A stretch of 64,000 bases of DNA from contig JBAXCZ010000004.1 of assembly GCA_037141195.1 (NCBI GenBank), positions 37,043-101,042 on the forward strand. Reading direction: 5' to 3'. Position numbers and translations under genes: made by a program. Below, piece by piece: positions 44,997 through 52,559 of this stretch. Each line of letters opens with the position of its first letter. Positions within the stretch are counted from its first letter, which is position 1. A model generated the notes under the pieces. It did no database searches, was not told the origin of the DNA, and worked only from the letters and a program-made list of their open reading frames with translations. This stretch comes from Clostridia bacterium. GTDB taxonomy: Bacteria > Bacillota > TC1 > JBAXCZ01.

Positions 44997-45833
44997 TTAC
45001 TTATTTAAGCTAGCAATCTTTTTTGCGCTACCATCTGCTAATAATTGGATTAGAGCTGCTTCGTCATCATTGGTCAAAGCAGTATGATACTCCGATAGGT
45101 GGTTTTGCAGCTCTTCTAATTCCCTCAGCAGAGCTACTCTATTGAGGAGAAATAACTGGCTCCACATGGTGGGATTTAGCTGCGCAACCCTGGTCATATC
45201 ATGAAAACTACCAGCACTAAAACCATGTTCATTGGCTAAGGTAGGGCTTTTTACATAGGCACTAGAGACTAAGTGAGCCAGCTGTGAGGTGTAAGCAACC
45301 CTTTGATCATGTTCCTCTGGTGACGCTAGAATAACCTCTCCAAAGCCAAGACTTAAAGCAAAGGAACTTACAAAATCGACAATCCGCTGAGGAGTATGAG
45401 CAGTTGGCGTAATAATAAAACTCGCACCTTGAAAAAGTTCGGCGAGTGCAGCAGCAAAGCCACTTTGCTCACGACCAGCCATAGGATGAGTGCCTACAAA
45501 AAAGACACGATGTTCTGCTAAAAGTTCAGTAAGCATGGATACATGTGGTGCTTTCACGCCGCAAATATCTAGAACTATACTACCTGGGCGAAAACTTGTT
45601 TTGTGTTGTAAAACAAAATTGATAGTTTCGGATGGGCTAAGACAAACAAGGGTCAAATCCAATCTTTCCAGTTCATCAAGGCTTAGCTGCTCCTGAATAC
45701 AACCGTCTTCTAAGGCGGCAGATAAGACTTCCTTTTGTATATCATAACCTGCACAAGAGTGGTCAGTATAGCCAGTAATAGCCTTAGCTAAAGAGCCACC
45801 CATCAGACCAAGACCGATAATCCCGATTTTCAC
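44997..45833 (-). CDS. tyrA: prephenate dehydrogenase
   Basis: KIGIIGLGLMGGS NAD fold and the HPMAG motif. The GTG at 45833 lies 1 nt after the aroF stop and is preceded by a GAGGGGAGAG RBS. Confidence 0.88.
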   Translation of the reverse strand: MKIGIIGLGLMGGSLAKAITGYTDHSCAGYDIQKEVLSAALEDGCIQEQLSLDELERLDLTLVCLSPSETINFVLQHKTSFRPGSIVLDICGVKAPHVSMLTELLAEHRVFFVGTHPMAGREQSGFAAALAELFQGASFIITPTAHTPQRIVDFVSSFALSLGFGEVILASPEEHDQRVAYTSQLAHLVSSAYVKSPTLANEHGFSAGSFHDMTRVAQLNPTMWSQLFLLNRVALLRELEELQNHLSEYHTALTNDDEAALIQLLADGSAKKIASLNK

Positions 45834-45834
45834 C

Positions 45835-46842
45835 TTAAACTCTCCCCTCAAGTTTGATATATGGTTTGCACGTTTGCATGACATGGTCAAATTCTGCAGG
45901 AGTTAAGGATTGAGCTCCATCACACAATGCTTCAGCTGGATTATTATGAACCTCAATCATTAGTCCATCAGCTCCGGCTGCAATGCTAGCCTTAGCTAAG
46001 GGTTCAATTAACCAGGTAATACCAGTTGCATGGCTAGGATCAACAATAATTGGCAAATGAGATAAGCGTTTAATTATTGGAACTGCTGCTAAATCCAAAG
46101 TATTGCGAGTCATAGTTTCAAAGGTGCGAATACCACGCTCGCAAAGAATTACATTACTATTACCACCAGCCATAATATATTCAGCACTCATTAGCCATTC
46201 TTCAATAGTATTAGCAAGACCTCTTTTTAAGAGAATTGGTTTATTGCATTCGCCAAGTGCCTTTAAGAGTTCAAAGTTTTGCATATTACGAGCACCAACC
46301 TGAATTAGATCCACATCATCAAAAAGATCTAAGTGATTAATATTCATAATTTCAGTAACGATAGGAAGACCTGTTTCTTTTTTGGCTATACTTAAAAGGC
46401 GCATACCCTCACCGTGTAAACCTTGAAAAGCATATGGTGAACTTCGCGGCTTAAAAGCACCACCACGCAGAAAAGTAGCTCCACTTTTTTTAATTTCTTT
46501 AGCAATCGTAGTCAGCTGATCTTCACTTTCAATAGAACAAGGTCCAGCCATAAAATGGAAGTTACCTGCACCAACAAGTTGATTACCCACAGGGATTAAA
46601 GAGTCTGCTGGATGAAATTTGCGATTGGTTGATTTGTATGGTTCGGAAATGCGTTTTACATCCTCAATAAATGGCAAAGCGCGGAGGTTGTTTACATCTA
46701 AGGCAGTAGTATCCCCAATCAAACCCATAATCGTAGTTTGGACACCTTGACTTAGATGGATAGAAATGCCTTTTTCCTCCATAAATAGCCGTAATTTTTC
46801 AATACTAGCTTGGTCTGTATTTTGTTTCAAAATAATAATCAT
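45835..46842 (-). CDS. aroF: 3-deoxy-7-phosphoheptulonate (DAHP) synthase, type I-beta, with an N-terminal ferredoxin-like regulatory domain
   Basis: The KPRSSPYAFQG and DPSH motifs match KDO8P/DAHP type I-beta enzymes. I prefer the ATG at 46842 (MIIILKQ), after a GGAAAGGTGAG RBS, over the track start at 46896. Confidence 0.88.
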   Translation of the reverse strand: MIIILKQNTDQASIEKLRLFMEEKGISIHLSQGVQTTIMGLIGDTTALDVNNLRALPFIEDVKRISEPYKSTNRKFHPADSLIPVGNQLVGAGNFHFMAGPCSIESEDQLTTIAKEIKKSGATFLRGGAFKPRSSPYAFQGLHGEGMRLLSIAKKETGLPIVTEIMNINHLDLFDDVDLIQVGARNMQNFELLKALGECNKPILLKRGLANTIEEWLMSAEYIMAGGNSNVILCERGIRTFETMTRNTLDLAAVPIIKRLSHLPIIVDPSHATGITWLIEPLAKASIAAGADGLMIEVHNNPAEALCDGAQSLTPAEFDHVMQTCKPYIKLEGRV

Positions 46843-46882
46843 ATAACTCACCTTTCCTTCATATAGAGTACAATAAGATAAG

Positions 46883-46920
46883 AAAAAAGCCACCATTTAG
46901 GATTGCACCTAAATAGTGGC
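46883..46920 (-). terminator. intrinsic terminator (attenuator) in the aroF-tyrA leader
   Basis: On the minus strand, GCCACTATTTAGG-tgcaat-CCTAAATGGTGGC followed by T6. It lies 40 nt upstream of the aroF start. Confidence 0.8.
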
Positions 46921-46994
46921 AAATATATCAAGCATTTGCTCTTACTAGGTGCAACACAATTAGCGTTCACACCTATAAGCATAGGAAGAGAACG

Positions 46995-47036
46995 CTACCT
47001 GTAATAATAAGAGTTTTTAAAAATAATCGCGGACAT
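46995..47036 (-). CDS. 13-codon leader peptide MSAIIFKNSYYYR
   Basis: The minus strand reads ATG TCC GCG ATT ATT TTT AAA AAC TCT TAT TAT TAC AGG TAG. A GAAAGGGG RBS lies 8 nt upstream. Three consecutive Tyr codons end 1 codon before the stop. Confidence 0.6.
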   Translation of the reverse strand: MSAIIFKNSYYYR

Positions 47037-47064
47037 AATAATGACCCCTTTCAATTGCAAACTC

Positions 47065-47093
47065 ATCATAGCACATTTGTTTTTTCTTGACAA
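47065..47093 (-). promoter_or_regulatory. promoter of the aroF-tyrA leader
   Basis: On the minus strand, TTGTCA, a 17-nt spacer, then TATGAT. Confidence 0.5.
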
Positions 47094-47196
47094 GTAGAAA
47101 GAAGTGTCTTTCTTTTTCATTGCTGAAGAAAGCAAAGTAGATTATAATCAAAATATATTTAAGTAAAATATTAAGAGCATATTAGGAGGCTTAGCC

Positions 47197-48552
47197 ATGG
47201 CAATAATCATCAAGAATGGAAGCGTAGTAACAGAAAAAGAAGTTGCAACAGTGGACTTAAAGATAGAGGGTGAAAAAATAACTTTTATTGCAAAAGATAT
47301 CTTAGCCTCACCTGAGGATACAATAATTGATGCCACGGGAAAAATCGTCATGCCAGGTGGTATTGATGCTCATGTGCATTATTATATGTTGTCAGGGGAT
47401 GAACGCACTATTGATTCTTTTGAAAGTGCTTCTAAAGCAGCAATTATGGGAGGGGTTACCAGCGTAGTAGATTACGCTGAACCAGAGCATGAAGCAAATC
47501 TCTTGGAAGTTTTTAAAACACGTCTTAATGAAGCAAACAAACATATTTTTACAGATTTCAATCTACATATGGTAGTGAATGATAGTTTTGCTTATAGCCT
47601 AGATGAACTTACTAAAGTAAGAGCAGCAGGTATGAACTCACTGAAAATTTTCACAACATATGGTAGCTCTAGAACATACGAGGCAAACATTACCAAGCTT
47701 TTAGTAGCAGCAAAGGCAGCCGGAATGTTTGTGACAATCCATGCTGAAGATGATGATACGGTTGAACAAGCAAAGAAAGCTCTAATCGCAGCAGGCAAAG
47801 CAACACCTGCTTATCATGGCGAATGCAGACCACTAGCAGCAGAGCTGATTGCTGTAAAAAATTTAATTGAAATGGCTAAAGCAGCAGATGCAACCATCTA
47901 TATAGTTCACACATCTTCCGGTTCTGCAGCAAGTTTGATGAGAAATGCTCAACTTGCAGGAGTTGAGATTTACGGTGAAACCTGCCCGCATTATTTAGTC
48001 TTAGATCTGAACCTTTTTAAAGGTGAGCATGGTCAATGGATGATTATGTCTCCTCCTCTGCGCCAAAAAGAAGAACAGCGTGAGCTTTGGGAAGCACTAG
48101 CTGATGGTACAATAGAAAGCATCACTACAGATCATTGTTCCTTTTCAGTAGCGCAAAAAGAAAGTGCAAAAACATGTTATGAAACTAAAGGTGGTATTCC
48201 AGGTACAGAAACCATGTTGCCGATTATCTTTAGTGAAGGAGTGCAAAAAGGTAGAATCAGTTTAGAAAAATTTGTGCAAATATGCTCAACTAATCCAGCA
48301 AAACGCTTTGGTTTATATCCAACAAAAGGTGTTCTAGCAGTTGGAAGTGATGCAGATGTGACAATTATTGATCCGGAAAAAAAGGTAGTATTACAAGGTA
48401 AAGAGTTACATTCTTTAGCGGGCTACACACCTTTCGAAGGCTTACAGGTGCAGGGATATCCTGTATTTACAATGCTGAGAGGAAAAATTATGATGGAGAA
48501 CGGTAGTTTTTTAGCAGAAATGCCAACAGGAAAGTTTATACCAGTTAAATAA
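47197..48552 (+). CDS. cyclic amidohydrolase (D-hydantoinase/dihydropyrimidinase, HyuA-like)
   Basis: GGIDAHVHYYM metal-binding motif and a 451-aa hydantoinase fold. A TAGGAGG RBS precedes the ORF. Confidence 0.85.
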   Translation: MAIIIKNGSVVTEKEVATVDLKIEGEKITFIAKDILASPEDTIIDATGKIVMPGGIDAHVHYYMLSGDERTIDSFESASKAAIMGGVTSVVDYAEPEHEANLLEVFKTRLNEANKHIFTDFNLHMVVNDSFAYSLDELTKVRAAGMNSLKIFTTYGSSRTYEANITKLLVAAKAAGMFVTIHAEDDDTVEQAKKALIAAGKATPAYHGECRPLAAELIAVKNLIEMAKAADATIYIVHTSSGSAASLMRNAQLAGVEIYGETCPHYLVLDLNLFKGEHGQWMIMSPPLRQKEEQRELWEALADGTIESITTDHCSFSVAQKESAKTCYETKGGIPGTETMLPIIFSEGVQKGRISLEKFVQICSTNPAKRFGLYPTKGVLAVGSDADVTIIDPEKKVVLQGKELHSLAGYTPFEGLQVQGYPVFTMLRGKIMMENGSFLAEMPTGKFIPVK

Positions 48553-48702
48553 TACCTATAATAATTAAATAGAATTTAAAAAAATAGCTTTTATTTTTAG
48601 AAACTATAAGCTATAATAGGGCAGTAGTATGATTGAAACTTAGCAATATGCAGCATATTAGCTGAAAAATGAAGAGATAATATACATTTAGGAGGAAAAT
48701 TA

Positions 48703-49644
48703 ATGTCTAAAGGAACAGTAGTAGTAGCATTAGGCGGAAACGCAATTTTAAAACCAAAGCAAGCAGGTACAATCGAGGAACAAATGGCTAATGTCAATGA
48801 AGCTTGTCACAATATCGCAAATTTGATTGAGCAGGGTTATGATGTAGTTATTGCCCATGGTAATGGACCACAAGTTGGCAATATTCTTTTACAGAACGCA
48901 GCAGCACGCAAGGATGTACCAGCAATGCCGTTAGAAGTATGTGGTGCAGAGAGCCAAGGCTTAATTGGTTATATGATTCAACAAAACATGCGCAAAGAAT
49001 TACGCAAAAAAGGTATCGATAAGCCAGTAGCAACAGTACTTACACAAGTAATTGTAGATGCTAATGATGCTGCCTTCAAAAATCCAACAAAACCAATTGG
49101 TGCTTTTTATAGCGAAGCAGAAGCTAAAGAGAACATGGAGAAAAAAGGCGAAACTTGGAAAGAGGATTCTGGTAGAGGATGGAGAAAAGTTGTAGCTTCT
49201 CCTATGCCAATAGATGTAGTTGAGCTTGCAACCGTTAAAACCCTAATCGCAGCAGGAACTGTTGTTATTACTATTGGTGGAGGTGGCATTCCAGTTATCT
49301 TGAAAGACGGAGATTTAGTGGGAGTAGAAGCTGTGATTGATAAAGATTTAGCTAGTGCATTATTAGCTAAAGAATTAGATGCTGATATTCTCTGCATCGC
49401 AACTGATGTTGCTAATGTAGCTATTAATTTTGGCAAACCTGATCAAAAGAACCTAGAAACAATTACAGTAGCTGAAGCTAAAGCCTATGATGCTGATGGT
49501 CAATTTGGTAAAGGTAGCATGGGTCCTAAAGTACAAGCAGTTGTCAGCTTCGTTGAACATGGTGGTACAGGACTAATTACTGCCTTAGCTAACCTTAAAG
49601 ATGCAGTAACAGCAAACGCTGGCACAAAAATTATCAAAGGGTAA
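48703..49644 (+). CDS. arcC: carbamate kinase
   Basis: VVALGGNAI, HGNGPQVG and GGGGIPV motifs. Confidence 0.92.
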   Translation: MSKGTVVVALGGNAILKPKQAGTIEEQMANVNEACHNIANLIEQGYDVVIAHGNGPQVGNILLQNAAARKDVPAMPLEVCGAESQGLIGYMIQQNMRKELRKKGIDKPVATVLTQVIVDANDAAFKNPTKPIGAFYSEAEAKENMEKKGETWKEDSGRGWRKVVASPMPIDVVELATVKTLIAAGTVVITIGGGGIPVILKDGDLVGVEAVIDKDLASALLAKELDADILCIATDVANVAINFGKPDQKNLETITVAEAKAYDADGQFGKGSMGPKVQAVVSFVEHGGTGLITALANLKDAVTANAGTKIIKG

Positions 49645-49770
49645 GCAGCGATTTAGTCAAGAAAGATTAGATGTCTATATAGATGTCTATAGCTTTTTAC
49701 AACCGCTGAAATAAAATGTCTAATTGAGTTAAATAATACTAAAATTTCTGGAAATATTTTAAAATAATAC

Positions 49771-49799
49771 TTCCAATAGCATGAATTATCAGTTATAAT
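49771..49799 (+). promoter_or_regulatory. putative promoter of the ygeW-like operon leader
   Basis: TTCCAA, a 17-nt spacer, then TATAAT. Confidence 0.35.
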
Positions 49800-49882
49800 A
49801 GCTTGGAAGAGAAGAATAAAACTAAATATGTCGCAAATGGGATTCGGAACCGGGAACCGTATACCAGACAAAGTAGCCCTTT

Positions 49883-49919
49883 AAGAGCATTGCCGGTTTT
49901 AATCGGTGATGCTCTTTTT
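49883..49919 (+). terminator. leader terminator upstream of the ygeW-like gene
   Basis: AAGAGCAT-TG-CCG-gttttaat-CGG-TG-ATGCTCTT followed by TTT. It lies 88 nt before the start codon. Confidence 0.7.
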
Positions 49920-50006
49920 CGACGAAATAGCCCGAAAAACATGATTTAAATTCCCATTAGGGATTTAAAATAAATTTAGGAAAATAGTCAGGAGGAATTG
50001 AGACCA

Positions 50007-51020
50007 ATGAACACACTTTTAAAAGGCAAACATTTTTTATGTGAGCAAGATTGGACAAACGAGGATTACGACACATTATTTAAGGTGATTGAAAGATTGA
50101 AAATGGAATATGCTATGGGCATTGACCATGAATTCTGCAAGAACAAATCTTTATTTATGTTGTTCTTTGAAGAATCAACCAGAACAAGAAATGCATTTGA
50201 GTGCGGTATTACCCAATTAGGCGGACACGGTAACTATTTAACTCCAAGCATGACACAAATCAGCCATGGTGAAACACCAAAAGATACTATGGAAGTATTA
50301 AGCCGTATGGGTCACGGTCTTGGCGTAAGAACAACAGTTAAGGGTGGCCAAGTATACATGAGAAAATTAGCTGAGCACAGCAAAATTCCTGTATACAATA
50401 TGCAATGCGATATTTGGCATCCAACACAATCATTAGCTGACATCGTAACTATCCGTGAAAAATTCGGTGCTGACTTAAGAGGCAGAAAATTCGTTATTTC
50501 TTGGACTTCTGCTCCAAACTACATTCGCCCATTATCAATGGCAAACAGCTTAGTATCCTTAATGCCACGTTTTGGTATGGATGTTGTACTTGCTCATCCA
50601 AAAGGTTTTGAATTAGATGAGATTGCTTTACAATATGCTAAAGAGAATGCTGTTCGTTACGGCGGAACATTCAAAATCGTTAACGATATGGACGAAGCTG
50701 TAAAAGATGCTGATGTTGTATACGCTAAAGGTTGGGGCCCAGTTAATACAACTGGCGATGGCGAAAGCCCTGAAAGCTTAGCAGCTGGTCTTGCAATGAT
50801 CAATGCTAACCCAGGTTGGGTAGTAACAGCTCAGAAAATGGCTCTTGCTAAACCAACAGCTATCTACATGCACTGCATGCCAGCTGACCGTGATATCGAG
50901 GTTACTTCTGAAGTTATGGATGGACCACAATCAGTACTTTATGATCAAGCTGAAAACAGAATGCACACAGTTAAAGCATTAATGGCTTTAACTATGGGTA
51001 ATGTACAAAGCAGAAGATAA
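50007..51020 (+). CDS. carbamoyltransferase, YgeW-like (oxamate/ornithine carbamoyltransferase superfamily)
   Basis: The ESTRTR carbamoyl-phosphate motif, an SHGET block resembling YgeW, and HCMP. I prefer the ATG at 50007 over the TTG at 49998. Confidence 0.8.
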   Translation: MNTLLKGKHFLCEQDWTNEDYDTLFKVIERLKMEYAMGIDHEFCKNKSLFMLFFEESTRTRNAFECGITQLGGHGNYLTPSMTQISHGETPKDTMEVLSRMGHGLGVRTTVKGGQVYMRKLAEHSKIPVYNMQCDIWHPTQSLADIVTIREKFGADLRGRKFVISWTSAPNYIRPLSMANSLVSLMPRFGMDVVLAHPKGFELDEIALQYAKENAVRYGGTFKIVNDMDEAVKDADVVYAKGWGPVNTTGDGESPESLAAGLAMINANPGWVVTAQKMALAKPTAIYMHCMPADRDIEVTSEVMDGPQSVLYDQAENRMHTVKALMALTMGNVQSRR

Positions 51021-51227
51021 TTATTAACTAAATATTTTATTGTATTTATGGAACGGGAAGGGCAATGCGCTTCCCGTTTCTAATATAACTAATAACTAGG
51101 TCATACAAACTACTAAATAATTCTATTACAAAGAAAATTAAAGCTGAATATTTTTTAACAAAACTAACTTTGAAAATTAGCTACATCTGTAGCTTTTTAT
51201 ATTACTCTGTTCTTGAGAGGAGATTTA

Positions 51228-52541
51228 ATGATGGCAACTATATTAAAAGGCGCTTGGGTTATGACTCGCGAAGGTTTGAAAAAAGATTGGGGAGTTAAAG
51301 TAGAGGGCAACAAAATTGTAGAAGTTGGACCTAATGCATCACTAACCATGCAAGAAGGAGATAAAATTGCCGACCATACAGAGCAAATTATTATGCCTGG
51401 GTTTATCAATGGTCATCAGCACATGTACGGAGTTTTATCCCACGGAATTACAACTGAAGCTTTGGTTACAGAATTCTCTAGCTTTTTAGATGATTTTTGG
51501 TGGCCCTATGTGGAAGATCGTCTTGATCATCAAATAGTAGAAACAACTAGTCGTTGGGCATGTGTAGAAATGATTAGAAGTGGAATAACTTCCTTCATGG
51601 ATGTATTAGAAGGACCTAATTCTATTCCAGGTGCCTTAAATGTGGAAAAAAAGGTTATTGAAGAGGCTGGACTCAGAGGTATTCTTACCTTCGAAGCTTG
51701 TCAACGCATGAGTGAAGCTAACGCACAACTTGGCTTAAAAGAAAATTATGATTTTTGCAAAGCAAATAATTCCGAAGACGGATTAATCAAAGGGATGATG
51801 TGTATACATACGCTCTTTACAGGCTCTAAAGAATATGTAATGCAAGCAAAAAAAATGGCAGATGAACTTGGTGCTGATATCCATATGCATATGTCTGAAA
51901 GTGTTTATGAGCCTAATTGGTGCTTGGATAAATACGGGAAAAGAACCGTTGATGTATATAATGAAATAGGCTTCCTCGATAATAAAGTATTCGCTTCACA
52001 AGCAGTACAAGTGGAGCCAGCAGAATTGGATATCTTAGCAGAAAAAGGTACCCGTTTAGTTTCTATGCCCCTCTCTAATTGCGAGGTTGGCGGAGGTTTT
52101 GCTCCCGTACCTGGGATGCTAGAGCGCGGAATCAAGGTAGGTCTTGGAACTGATGGATATGTGAATAATTTCTTTGAAGTAATGCGGGGTGCATTTTTAA
52201 TGCACAAAGCAGTACACCAAAACCCCATGGTGATGCCAGCACAAGTTACCTATGAAATGGCTACTTGGAGAGGTGCAGAGGCAATGGGCTTTAATGATGT
52301 TGGCGCTTTAGAGGTTGGCAAAAAAGCGGATTTATTCACAATGAATATCGATACACCAACCCCAATTAATGAACATAACTGCTATGACCAAATCATACTA
52401 TTTAGAAATCCAAGTGATATTACAGATGTAATGGTTGATGGTAAATGGATAGAACAAGCTGGAGAATTACTAACAATAGATGAAAAAGCAGCGAAAGTGG
52501 CAACCAGAGCATGTGCAACAAAATTCTGGACATTAAGCTAA
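51228..52541 (+). CDS. SsnA-like aminohydrolase (COG0402 amidohydrolase)
   Basis: PGFINGHQHMYG metal-binding motif. The ATG at 51228 follows a GAGAGGAG RBS. Confidence 0.8.
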   Translation: MMATILKGAWVMTREGLKKDWGVKVEGNKIVEVGPNASLTMQEGDKIADHTEQIIMPGFINGHQHMYGVLSHGITTEALVTEFSSFLDDFWWPYVEDRLDHQIVETTSRWACVEMIRSGITSFMDVLEGPNSIPGALNVEKKVIEEAGLRGILTFEACQRMSEANAQLGLKENYDFCKANNSEDGLIKGMMCIHTLFTGSKEYVMQAKKMADELGADIHMHMSESVYEPNWCLDKYGKRTVDVYNEIGFLDNKVFASQAVQVEPAELDILAEKGTRLVSMPLSNCEVGGGFAPVPGMLERGIKVGLGTDGYVNNFFEVMRGAFLMHKAVHQNPMVMPAQVTYEMATWRGAEAMGFNDVGALEVGKKADLFTMNIDTPTPINEHNCYDQIILFRNPSDITDVMVDGKWIEQAGELLTIDEKAAKVATRACATKFWTLS

Positions 52542-52559
52542 AATTTAGGAGGTGGAATT

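Noticed and set aside
46843-47060. A T-box riboswitch upstream of aroF-tyrA, the usual Firmicute mechanism.
   Set aside because: I looked on the minus strand for the conserved T-box core (AANNNGGGTGGTACCGCG), the AGAGA/GA-motif stem I and a specifier loop, and found none. The leader is only about 215 nt and instead contains an SD-preceded YYY mini-ORF.
49800-49880. A classical purine (guanine/adenine) riboswitch in the ygeW-like leader.
   Set aside because: The partial resemblance (CCGGGAACCGTATACCAGAC versus CCGGGCACCGUAAAUGUCCGAC) is not accompanied by the conserved J1/2, P2 loop (AUAUGG) or J2/3 (GUUUCUAC) elements. It is kept only as an unclassified leader.
51050-51199. Two hairpins between the ygeW-like and ssnA-like genes considered as terminators: GGAACGGGAAG/CTTCCCGTTTC at 51050-51080 and AGCTAC-atct-GTAGCT-T5 at 51179-51199.
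   Set aside because: The first lacks a U-tract. The second has only a 6-bp stem. They may modulate mRNA stability or partial termination, but the evidence is too weak to annotate them.
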